A DNA stretch of 64,000 nt. Source: a bacterium. GTDB lineage: Bacteria; Patescibacteriota; Minisyncoccia; Moranbacterales; DUUL01. The DNA lies in assembly GCA_018675685.1 (NCBI GenBank), contig JABGXP010000010.1:49427-113426 (forward strand). The letters are read 5' to 3'. Both the position numbers and the translations under genes were made by a program. The notes beneath the pieces were generated by a model that did not search any database, was not told the origin of the DNA, and worked only from the letters and a program-made list of their open reading frames with translations. Below, in pieces: positions 9,627 through 18,890 of this stretch. Position 1 is the stretch's first letter, and each line of letters starts with the position of its first letter.

Positions 9627-10388
9627 CTAGATGTCAATTTTCATGACCTTAGCATGAAAAAGCGCAACATCAGAGATCCATTTTTGAACACTTTGCGGTG
9701 AATGGGTGGCGCAAGATGAACCACACTTCCAAACTGTCATCTGAGAAGGTCTTGTGGCACCGACTCTAGTCGTTAGTTGTTCTAGTCTTCTTCCAACTAT
9801 AGTGATTGCTTCCTTTGGATTCGAAAAACAGCTATAACCACTTCTGGTTGGACTGGTTTTCCCTTTGAAGCCCCAGTAGTTATAACAACGCTCCCCATTT
9901 TTTTTAGGAGAATAGACTCCAAATTTACTCTCTTTGAAGGCAATTCCAACAAGAAAAGCCGCTACAATCTTTTTTTGCTCAAGAATTGGCTCAATCATTT
10001 CTTCCATGGGAGTTCCCCCTAGAATTTCAAACAATTGTTCTTTCGATATCTTTTGTTTTTGTTCCAACAAAAGCTCTTCTTTGGACTTGAAGGTGTCCTC
10101 ATCACAAAAATCAGGGAAAATTTCAAGTTCCAGTTTCCGAGTATTTTTTTTCAAGAAGCTAGGGTTGCAAAGCGAGACGGTTTTTTTCTCAACATTTGAT
10201 TTTGCATAAGCAAATGGGAAAGCCCGACGGTTTTCGGGGGAGTCAAATGAAGAAAAAGACCAATAAAAAAAGCCACAAATGAGCAATGTGGACCCGATGA
10301 CTAGTTTTTTCTTTCTATTTTTCTGACTTGAAATAGCTCCCCTTATAAAGCTAACCGATTTAGCAGTTAAATCTGCACATCGTTTCAT
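9627..10388 (-). CDS. Membrane-anchored lysozyme-fold (GH73-like) protein, paralog 2
   Basis: N-terminal TM; IAFKESKFG...CYNYWGF...CF...WKCGSSC. Confidence 0.55.
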   Translation of the reverse strand: MKRCADLTAKSVSFIRGAISSQKNRKKKLVIGSTLLICGFFYWSFSSFDSPENRRAFPFAYAKSNVEKKTVSLCNPSFLKKNTRKLELEIFPDFCDEDTFKSKEELLLEQKQKISKEQLFEILGGTPMEEMIEPILEQKKIVAAFLVGIAFKESKFGVYSPKKNGERCYNYWGFKGKTSPTRSGYSCFSNPKEAITIVGRRLEQLTTRVGATRPSQMTVWKCGSSCATHSPQSVQKWISDVALFHAKVMKIDI

Positions 10389-10571
10389 GTATTACAATCA
10401 ATGATTATCACCTTGAAAAAAGGATCTTACAAGGCAGCCTTTCAGTTGTTTACTAAGCTTTTTATGGGTAATTTATTTCTAAGAAACATTTTCTATTCTA
10501 CAAGTTTCAGAACACTTGTCAAGTGGGTAAAAATATGATAAAGTCGTTCTTGTAGTCGACAACACATTTTT

Positions 10572-10643
10572 GGCCCGTTCGTCTAGTGGTTAGGACGCCA
10601 GGTTTTCATCCTGGTAACAGGGGTTCGATTCCCCTACGGGCTA
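10572..10643 (+). tRNA. tRNA-Glu (TTC); CCA not encoded
   Basis: Acceptor GGCCCGT/ACGGGCT, D-arm TAGTGGTTAGGAC, anticodon arm CCAGG-TTTTCAT-CCTGG, T-loop GGTTCGATTCC. Confidence 0.97.
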
Positions 10644-10649
10644 CACAGA

Positions 10650-10681
10650 AAAAAAGGCACTTCTTCGGAAGTGTCTTTTTT
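10650..10681 (+). terminator. Intrinsic terminator after tRNA-Glu
   Basis: aaaaggcacttc-ttcg-gaagtgtcttttt (cUUCGg loop and U tract). Confidence 0.85.
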
Positions 10682-10703
10682 GTAGTCCGTAGGGGAATCG
10701 AAC
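10681..10703 (-). repeat. Inverted copy of the tRNA-Glu 3' end
   Basis: tgtagtccgtaggggaatcgaac is the reverse complement of 10623..10645 at 22/23 positions. Confidence 0.9.
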
Positions 10704-11005
10704 GGGTAGCAATGAAGTAGCTTATTTTTAGCAAAAAATAAGTGTAGCGAATGCCGATGGATGCGATTAGCATTCAGCGCTACCCTGGACAAGGAGCGAC
10801 AGCGACGCGAGAAAATGCATGAAATTGAGATGCTGATTTTGAAAAAGCCGAAGAAAGAGAAATCGAATGAGCAGTAATAAAATAAAACACCCATTTAAAT
10901 GGCTATTTAATTTTATTTAATTTTCCAAAAAAGTTCTAGCACCCTCTACTCAACGGAGCAAATACTTCTAAATGCCTTTTTGAGGGCATTTTCAGGTGGT
11001 TAACG

Positions 11006-11034
11006 TTGACTGATTATAAGTTTTATGCTAATTT
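11006..11034 (+). promoter_or_regulatory. Sigma70-type promoter
   Basis: TTGACT-N17-TAATTT with extended TG; upstream AGGTGGTTAAC block repeated at 11843. Confidence 0.55.
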
Positions 11035-11080
11035 TACCCATCAGTTATTTTACATAAATTACAACAGGAGGAAGTAAGGT

Positions 11081-11398
11081 ATGAAAATATCACAAGTTTA
11101 CAGATTGTTATTCCATGTAGGTGGAGCATTTAATTTCCTTGATAGAGATTTTTTGCCTGATCTTGCAGAAATCGACAAACAATACATTTTGGATATGACC
11201 GAAGTGGTGAAGAAAGCTGTTGGTAGCAAATATGGTGAAATCACAAATGATTCTATTTTGAAAAAGGTTTTCCCTGGGAATTTAGAACTAAAGGAAAATG
11301 CTGAGATGCTACACACCAAGTATCTTCAATGGTTAGAAACTTCAAAATATCCAGGCTTATATCGTGACATAAAAAATGACCCTGGCGTTTATGCTTAA
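11081..11398 (+). CDS. Hypothetical protein
   Basis: 105 aa ORF with AGGAGG SD and upstream promoter. Confidence 0.7.
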   Translation: MKISQVYRLLFHVGGAFNFLDRDFLPDLAEIDKQYILDMTEVVKKAVGSKYGEITNDSILKKVFPGNLELKENAEMLHTKYLQWLETSKYPGLYRDIKNDPGVYA

Positions 11399-11428
11399 AG
11401 GGAAAATGACAAACAAAGGGAGAATGAA

Positions 11429-11695
11429 ATGGAATTAAAACCTTATTTTTACAAACAAAGAGTCAAGGACACTCATTCCGACTATGGAAAAGTAGCCATT
11501 AGTTTAGAGAAATGTCCTAACGGTACAGTAGAGTTGATGGGATGTGCTTGCACCTTTCATAGTTGTTGTAAAGATCACAAACCCCATATGCGCATAGTGG
11601 AAACCCCATACTGCTGGATACAATGCGAAGCTACAACAAAAATGATGGAAAGAGATCCTACTTTGGGACAAGTGGAAACATGTCGCGTAAAATAA
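11429..11695 (+). CDS. Small Cys/His-rich hypothetical protein
   Basis: 88 aa, 8 Cys (CAC, CC, CxxxC), GGGAG SD, followed by a terminator. Confidence 0.65.
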   Translation: MELKPYFYKQRVKDTHSDYGKVAISLEKCPNGTVELMGCACTFHSCCKDHKPHMRIVETPYCWIQCEATTKMMERDPTLGQVETCRVK

Positions 11696-11722
11696 AAAAC
11701 AAACCTTGGCAAAAAATTGCTG

Positions 11723-11763
11723 AATCACCCCAGATCGTTATTCGATTCCGGGGTGATTTTTTT
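11723..11763 (+). terminator. Intrinsic terminator
   Basis: aatcacccc...ggggtgatt stem plus T run. Confidence 0.75.
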
Positions 11764-11854
11764 ACTTTAAATTAAAACAGCGTTTCAAATATCTTCTGGC
11801 AGGGAGGATTGTAATAAAATACCCATTTAAATGGGTGTTTTTAGGCGGTTAACA

Positions 11855-11883
11855 TTGACTTTCATTGCATTTTGAGGTAGAAT
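11855..11883 (+). promoter_or_regulatory. Sigma70-type promoter
   Basis: TTGACT-N17-TAGAAT. Confidence 0.65.
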
Positions 11884-11934
11884 TATCCGTTAAGTAAAAG
11901 TATTTTGACAATTATCCAAACGAGGAGAAAAGAG

Positions 11935-12666
11935 ATGGACAAAAAAGCGGTAACCTTAAAAGTTGGTGAAAATATCATTCTCAAAACCTTCACCCCCCAA
12001 GATGCACCAACAATTTTTGCTTTGATTGATTCCTGTCGAGAACACCTGAACCGAAACAATGAGAATACGGCGAAGAAATATCCTGATCTTGAATCGTTCA
12101 TTGAAAGCATCGTTTCTCCGAAAAAAACAAAGCGTTTACGTTTTGGAATTTGGGACAATGATGTTTTTGTCGGAAGTGTCAACATCGAAGGTAAGGGCAA
12201 TGGAAAAGCGGAACTGGGATACTGGGTTGGAGAGCAGTATCTAGGCAAGGGTTATGCGGGCACGGCTTCGTATAGATTGATTCAGTCCACTTTCAAGGGC
12301 GGTAGAATCAAACTTATCATTGCCAAGGTAGCCGAAACCAATGAGTACAGCTTTCGAATTATTGAAAAACTGGGCTTCTTTCTTGATGAGAAGAAAGAAG
12401 GAGAGCGTATCTACCATTTAGAAAGATGGCTTCCTTTCTATGTCAATGCCTGTCTTTTCTTCGGTGCTGTTGAGAATAGAGTTGAATGGGAGAAGGCTAA
12501 AAGCAACTATCCCAAAAATCCAAACTATCTACTCGACATGAGATTGAGCGAACTAACTTTGCAAGATGATCCCATGCCTGATTTTGGCGAAGGTGTCAGG
12601 TATACCGGCATCACGCTAAGAGACTGGATGACAATGAAAAATTTGGATCCAAACCAAGTCGACTGA
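11935..12666 (+). CDS. RimJ/RimL-type GNAT N-acetyltransferase with C-terminal extension (ATG 11935 preferred)
   Basis: AELGYWVGEQYLGKGYA acetyl-CoA motif, N..S.RIIEKLGF; GAGGAG SD before ATG 11935. Confidence 0.85.
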   Translation: MDKKAVTLKVGENIILKTFTPQDAPTIFALIDSCREHLNRNNENTAKKYPDLESFIESIVSPKKTKRLRFGIWDNDVFVGSVNIEGKGNGKAELGYWVGEQYLGKGYAGTASYRLIQSTFKGGRIKLIIAKVAETNEYSFRIIEKLGFFLDEKKEGERIYHLERWLPFYVNACLFFGAVENRVEWEKAKSNYPKNPNYLLDMRLSELTLQDDPMPDFGEGVRYTGITLRDWMTMKNLDPNQVD

Positions 12667-12695
12667 AACTCACTGGCAGTAAAATCTACTACTCC

Positions 12696-12732
12696 GCCCC
12701 TGCATCATCTGATGAAGGGGCAGTTTTATTTT
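12696..12732 (+). terminator. Intrinsic terminator
   Basis: gcccct-gcatca/tgatga-aggggc hairpin plus T-rich tail. Confidence 0.65.
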
Positions 12733-12756
12733 GTCTTCATTCTAGGACATCGTCCA

Positions 12757-12785
12757 TTGACAAAAACAGTTTGTCATGCTATAGT
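12757..12785 (+). promoter_or_regulatory. Sigma70-type promoter
   Basis: TTGACA-N17-TATAGT with extended TG. Confidence 0.7.
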
Positions 12786-12844
12786 CACTTATCAGTACTT
12801 AGCAACATTCATCAGCAACGAAACATCAAAAAAGAGGAGTGATT

Positions 12845-13147
12845 ATGCAAAAAATCGACAACTTCGCACAATTGACAGATGCGATTGGGGCTGGAAGTTC
12901 TGACCCAAGCAACCCAGGACCAGTCGTTGTTTCACTGAGTCTTTGGAACGGGAAACAGATAAACGGTGCTTATTACAGAGGAACAAAGGGCCCTGATATA
13001 ACAGTCCGAGAAGATGTTATTTGGGACAGCGAGATCCTAGATCCTTTTGTCCGGAAACTCTTTGCCGAAGGCACACCATTTATCACAGAGATGGGAAGTC
13101 ATGACATGGTCTGCACGCTCGAATGGAAGATTTCTAACGGCTCCTAG
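12845..13147 (+). CDS. Hypothetical protein (ATG 12845 preferred)
   Basis: GAGGAG SD, own promoter, terminator at about 13172..13214. Confidence 0.7.
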   Translation: MQKIDNFAQLTDAIGAGSSDPSNPGPVVVSLSLWNGKQINGAYYRGTKGPDITVREDVIWDSEILDPFVRKLFAEGTPFITEMGSHDMVCTLEWKISNGS

Positions 13148-13372
13148 GAAGCCACTGAAGAAAGTATCAACAAAGCGGGGAGTTCACAATGTGAATTTGC
13201 TGCTTTTTGTTTTTCTGTTACGAAACACGTCCGCTAGGGGGAGCATTAAATCAACAACCCAAACCACACCTTCAAATATTTCTAAAGAACTGTTATAATG
13301 GGTTATATATAATAATTAAAAATCAGGGGTGGTTTGAAAAGGGATGGGATATTTTTTATTAAATTTAAAACT

Positions 13373-14524
13373 ATGAAACAAAAAAAGTTTATTCTACTGA
13401 CTCTGAGCTTAATTGTACTGTTTTTTGCGAGCACTTTTTTCGCCTCGGCTGCTGAATTCAGGTTTGCCAAAGAGGGTCAAAACATTAATGTGGGGGAGGG
13501 GGAGAGAGTGGAAAATTTCTACACAGTTGGGAATATCGTTTCAATTGATGGCGATGTTAGCAATGATTTGTACACCGCAGGAAATGTGATAACCATTGAA
13601 GGCGATGTTGAGAATAATTTCGCTGGTGCTGGGAGAACTGTTATTATTAAAGGTGATGTTGGGAACAATGCTCACATTATGGGTGAAACAGTGATCATCA
13701 AAGGGACAGTGACAGAAGATTTGTTTATAGCTGGTGCAAGTGTACTGATTGAAAAATCAGCAATGATTGCGGGTGACCTTGTTATTGGTGCAGGGAAAGT
13801 TGACATCGAAGGTTCTGTTTTGGGAGATGTTTATATAGGTGGTAACGAAGTGACACTTAACGGTAGGATTATCGGAAAGACTAAGTTGGCAGTAGATACT
13901 TTGAAGATCGGCAAAAATGCTGAAATTGTTGATGATATTAAGTATACTTCTTCAAAGAAAGCTCAGATTCACGAAGATGCTAGAGTATTAGCAGGACTCG
14001 ATTTTGATAAAAAAGCTTTAAATGCTTCCAGTAAAGCTCCTGATACAGCTGGATTATTGCTTTTTCTCTTGCTACTTAAGATTGCAGCTTGTATTGTGAC
14101 CGGTTTGGTATTGGTTTATTTCTTCAACAAGAAAATAAAAGCAGTAGTAACGGGTGGTCTAAAGAATGTATGGGGAAATATTGGCGTGGGATTTGCTGTG
14201 TGTCTGCTTACTCCAGTTGTGATGATAATTTTGGCAGTTACTGTTGTGGGAATTCAACTCGCAGGTCTACTATTGGTTCTATATATCATGTTACTAGCAC
14301 TATCTTCAGTGATAGCCAGTATCGCTCTGGGAAGCTTTCTTATTAAAGTGCTGAAGAAAAAGGAGACATTTGAAGTTTCTTGGCAGGAAGTAGTGTTGGG
14401 AGTTATGATCTTGAAAATTGTCTGGTTTGTTCCTGTTATCGGTTGGTTATTATGTGCAACTTTTAGTTTGCTTACTATGGGGTCTATCTCCAAATTAGCT
14501 TATAAAAGTATTATTAAGAAATAA
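13373..14524 (+). CDS. Bactofilin-like beta-helix repeat membrane protein (polymer-forming cytoskeletal family)
   Basis: Signal peptide, repeated I.G.V..D...AG units, C-terminal multi-TM domain. Confidence 0.75.
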   Translation: MKQKKFILLTLSLIVLFFASTFFASAAEFRFAKEGQNINVGEGERVENFYTVGNIVSIDGDVSNDLYTAGNVITIEGDVENNFAGAGRTVIIKGDVGNNAHIMGETVIIKGTVTEDLFIAGASVLIEKSAMIAGDLVIGAGKVDIEGSVLGDVYIGGNEVTLNGRIIGKTKLAVDTLKIGKNAEIVDDIKYTSSKKAQIHEDARVLAGLDFDKKALNASSKAPDTAGLLLFLLLLKIAACIVTGLVLVYFFNKKIKAVVTGGLKNVWGNIGVGFAVCLLTPVVMIILAVTVVGIQLAGLLLVLYIMLLALSSVIASIALGSFLIKVLKKKETFEVSWQEVVLGVMILKIVWFVPVIGWLLCATFSLLTMGSISKLAYKSIIKK

Positions 14525-14554
14525 TAACAATAGCTAATTGGCAACCAAGCCTTT

Positions 14555-14587
14555 AAAAGACCGCCCTTGCGAGGGTGGTCTTTTTTT
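14555..14587 (+). terminator. Intrinsic terminator
   Basis: aaaagaccgccct-tgcg-agggtggtctttttt. Confidence 0.85.
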
Positions 14588-14677
14588 AGACCCCTCTATA
14601 GAGTCCTCTAAAAACTAGTTCCTCAACAAAAAAAATAAACGTGCTATACTTTAGGTGATTTTTTATAAAAAATACTA

Positions 14678-15424
14678 ATGAGTTATAAAGTCGAAGGCAT
14701 TATTCTAGAAGCTAGGGAATGCCGAGAATATGACAGGATCTATACAATTCTTTCACGCGAAGAGGGAAAAGTCAGCGTGATTGGAGTTGGAACAAGAAAA
14801 CCCAAGGCTAAACTTGCTTCTGGCCTTGAGCCAATCACGAGAAGTGAGTTGTTTTTGGTTAAATGTCGTGGACTGGACAGAGTTAAAGGAGTTTTGATAG
14901 ATAGCCAGTATCCAAAAACAAAAAAGAATTATGAGAAAATAATTTTAGTGAGAAGAACCGCGAGAGTTTTGGGATTACTCTTGCCAGAGAAAGAGAAGTG
15001 CAAAGAACTTTTTGAAGCACTAGCTATTTTCTTGAATGTGGTAGAGAGCGACAAGAGCAATAAGAGGGTCCAAGAAAATCAAGAAATAGCGCTTGCCCAA
15101 CTCTCATTGTTTTGGCAGGTGATTTCTTGGTCTGGAACGACTCCTTCTTTGCACAATTGTGTGACTTGTAGGAAGAAATTGCAAAAAAATGATAAATTCA
15201 TTTTTTCTGTGCCAAACGGTTTGAAATGTCAAAATTGTTTTGAGCGTAAAGAAAAGGATGCTTTCTATATCAGTGCAGACGCTGTCAAATTGCTAAGACT
15301 CTTTTTGGAGGATCAAGACCAGGTTCTAGAAAGGATTAAAGTCCAACAAAAAACCTTAGGAGAGCTTCGAAATGTAACCAAATCAGTCCTGTCCTATATA
15401 ACAGAACGAAAAATTATATTCTAG
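14678..15424 (+). CDS. recO: DNA repair protein RecO
   Basis: N-terminal OB fold (GIIL...EYDRI...GKV...G.RK...KL...LEP) and C4 zinc finger (CVTC, CQNC). Confidence 0.9.
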   Translation: MSYKVEGIILEARECREYDRIYTILSREEGKVSVIGVGTRKPKAKLASGLEPITRSELFLVKCRGLDRVKGVLIDSQYPKTKKNYEKIILVRRTARVLGLLLPEKEKCKELFEALAIFLNVVESDKSNKRVQENQEIALAQLSLFWQVISWSGTTPSLHNCVTCRKKLQKNDKFIFSVPNGLKCQNCFERKEKDAFYISADAVKLLRLFLEDQDQVLERIKVQQKTLGELRNVTKSVLSYITERKIIF

Positions 15425-15470
15425 CTTTTGTGAGGAGTTTTTTTATGCTACAATATATAATAAGCGTGGA

Positions 15471-15495
15471 AATAAAATAAAATAAAATAAAATAA
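15471..15495 (+). repeat. (AATAA)5 simple tandem repeat just upstream of a start codon
   Basis: aataaaataaaataaaataaaataa, then aATG at 15497. Confidence 0.85.
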
Positions 15496-15496
15496 A

Positions 15497-17410
15497 ATGG
15501 CCTTAGGAGATCTTTTAAAAAAATTATACAAGAAAAAAGATGAACTTAACGAGCGTGAACTAGACAAAGATGTCTATGACGCTAGTGGCGTTGAGCAAGC
15601 AGAGGATGGTTTTTCAAATATCGAAGGTGAAATTCTAAAGACCCAAGGGAATAGAGACATCACAGAAGAGCAGGAGGTTGCGCAAAAGAGCAAATTGTTT
15701 GTTTTTGGAGGAATAGTCCTCATTGTTCTGTTGCTTATCTTGGGGGTTGTTTTTGTTTATTTTAAAATTGTTGGGAGTGCTTTTCTTGAAGAGAAAGTGG
15801 AAATCTCAATCTCTGGTTCTAGCGAAGTGAGAAGTGCAGAGAACACAGCATATACTATCAGGGTTGAGAACTTTAATCGAGTTGCCTTGCAAAATGTGAA
15901 AATATCTTTGAATTATTCAGAAACCATGGTAATTCAGGATAAACCATATATTCAAAAAGAGGGTTTTAAATCTTCTAAAATTGTAGTCGGTAGTATAAAA
16001 GCGAAAGAAAAGAAGGAATATGAAGTTATTTTTAAACCATTTGGTCCTCGGGACAGGCAGGTTTTTTTGAACGCTGCAGTTCAGTATCAACCGTCTAACT
16101 TCAACAGTGAATTTGAAAAACTAGCTCAAAAAAGCATTGTCATTAAATCATCTCCAATTACGATAACACTGATCCCTGTTAAAAAGGCTGCTAGTGGAGA
16201 AAAAGTTCACTTGGATGCTATTGTGAAAAATAACAGCAATTTGGAGTTCGAAGACTTAGAGTTGAAACTTGATTATCCAGAGGGTTTTTCCTTCGAAGTA
16301 AGTAATCCAGCACCTTCTCGCGATAAGAACATTTGGAGATTTGAAAAGCTTGGTAGTAAGGCGCAGATAAAGGTTGGGATAGACGGAATTATTGAAGGAG
16401 TTCCTGATTCTTTGAAAAATTTTAAGGCTGAGCTTGGAGAGAGAAGAACGGATAATGAAATGCTCGTGTTCACTGAAAATGAGGCGGTTATGAAAATGAT
16501 CTCTAGTAGAGTGGAAATTAGGCAAGAGGTTATTTCTGACAGTATTTATGCCGGAGAGAGCACTACATATAATATTAAATTTAAAAATACTTCAGATGTT
16601 CCGTTGAGAGATTTGATTTTAATCCAATATATCGACTCAGAAGTTATCAAAAAAGAAAAAGTAAGAGTGCCACTGGGTCATTATGATAGTAAAAACAACA
16701 CGGTTATTTGGAAAGCGTCTCAGGTGCCAGCATTGAAACTGCTCATGCCTGGCGAAGAGGGGCTTGCGATCACCAACTTGCCCACCATTAATGAAGTTCC
16801 GATGAATAATGAGAATGATAAGAATTTCACCATTAATTCATATGTGGAACTTGAAAGTCTAGATATCGATTCCCCTTTATGGCAAAACAAAAGAATTAGA
16901 TCTTCACAGAAACAGGTCTCCATTAATTCAAAGATGATAGTTGAAGTGGAAGGATTGTTTCATAGTGAAGAACTGCCTAATACCGGTCCAATTCCGACTG
17001 TTATTAACGAAGAGACTACTTTCACTATCTATATGAGGATTAAGAATACATCCAATGATTTGAAGAATGTAATACTCACAACGAAATTTCCTTCAGGCAT
17101 CGTTTGGAAGAATAACTATTTCCCTCGTGATGCAGGGATGGATTTCAATGAAAGAACAAATGAGTTGAAATTGATAATTGGTTCAGTGGAGGCAGGAGCC
17201 GGGTTTATTTCACCCGAAAAAAAATATGCCTTCCAAGTTGGTGTAATTCCCTCAGAGAATCAACTCGGAGAAAGGGCTTATATCCTCAATGACTTGACTA
17301 CTACAGCTATTGATACTTTCACTGGAAATGAGGTCTCCTATGAATTCAGTGTGTTGGATGTGTCTCAAATAAAAGATGTGGAGGCAAAGCTTATTGACAC
17401 AAGACAGTAG
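15497..17410 (+). CDS. Membrane-anchored protein with repeated Ig-like (DUF11-like) domains
   Basis: One TM followed by repeated G....Y.I...N......L.D..L...P modules. Confidence 0.65.
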   Translation: MALGDLLKKLYKKKDELNERELDKDVYDASGVEQAEDGFSNIEGEILKTQGNRDITEEQEVAQKSKLFVFGGIVLIVLLLILGVVFVYFKIVGSAFLEEKVEISISGSSEVRSAENTAYTIRVENFNRVALQNVKISLNYSETMVIQDKPYIQKEGFKSSKIVVGSIKAKEKKEYEVIFKPFGPRDRQVFLNAAVQYQPSNFNSEFEKLAQKSIVIKSSPITITLIPVKKAASGEKVHLDAIVKNNSNLEFEDLELKLDYPEGFSFEVSNPAPSRDKNIWRFEKLGSKAQIKVGIDGIIEGVPDSLKNFKAELGERRTDNEMLVFTENEAVMKMISSRVEIRQEVISDSIYAGESTTYNIKFKNTSDVPLRDLILIQYIDSEVIKKEKVRVPLGHYDSKNNTVIWKASQVPALKLLMPGEEGLAITNLPTINEVPMNNENDKNFTINSYVELESLDIDSPLWQNKRIRSSQKQVSINSKMIVEVEGLFHSEELPNTGPIPTVINEETTFTIYMRIKNTSNDLKNVILTTKFPSGIVWKNNYFPRDAGMDFNERTNELKLIIGSVEAGAGFISPEKKYAFQVGVIPSENQLGERAYILNDLTTTAIDTFTGNEVSYEFSVLDVSQIKDVEAKLIDTRQ

Positions 17411-17436
17411 AATCGCATAGAATAGAGATCTAGTAA

Positions 17437-18669
<1,233 letters not shown>

Positions 18670-18890
18670 AAAAGATTTTACAATTTACGTTTGAATATTA
18701 AAAACAAAACAAAACCCATTGTTTTGTTTTTAAAAAAGGAAAAGACACCGATATCCCAAGTTTACAAAACGTATTAAATGATATATTCTGGAAGTAAGAA
18801 AACGAATAAAAGAACAATCTCTTATTGGTTGATGGTAGTGACTTTTATTAACTTTTTAAAATTATAGACAAACAAATATAAAGTTAACTG

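Noticed and set aside
10634-10894. 86-aa minus-strand ORF and a 38-aa plus-strand ORF (10761..10877)
   Set aside because: They overlap the tRNA end, terminator or structured element, have no SD and show no recognisable motif
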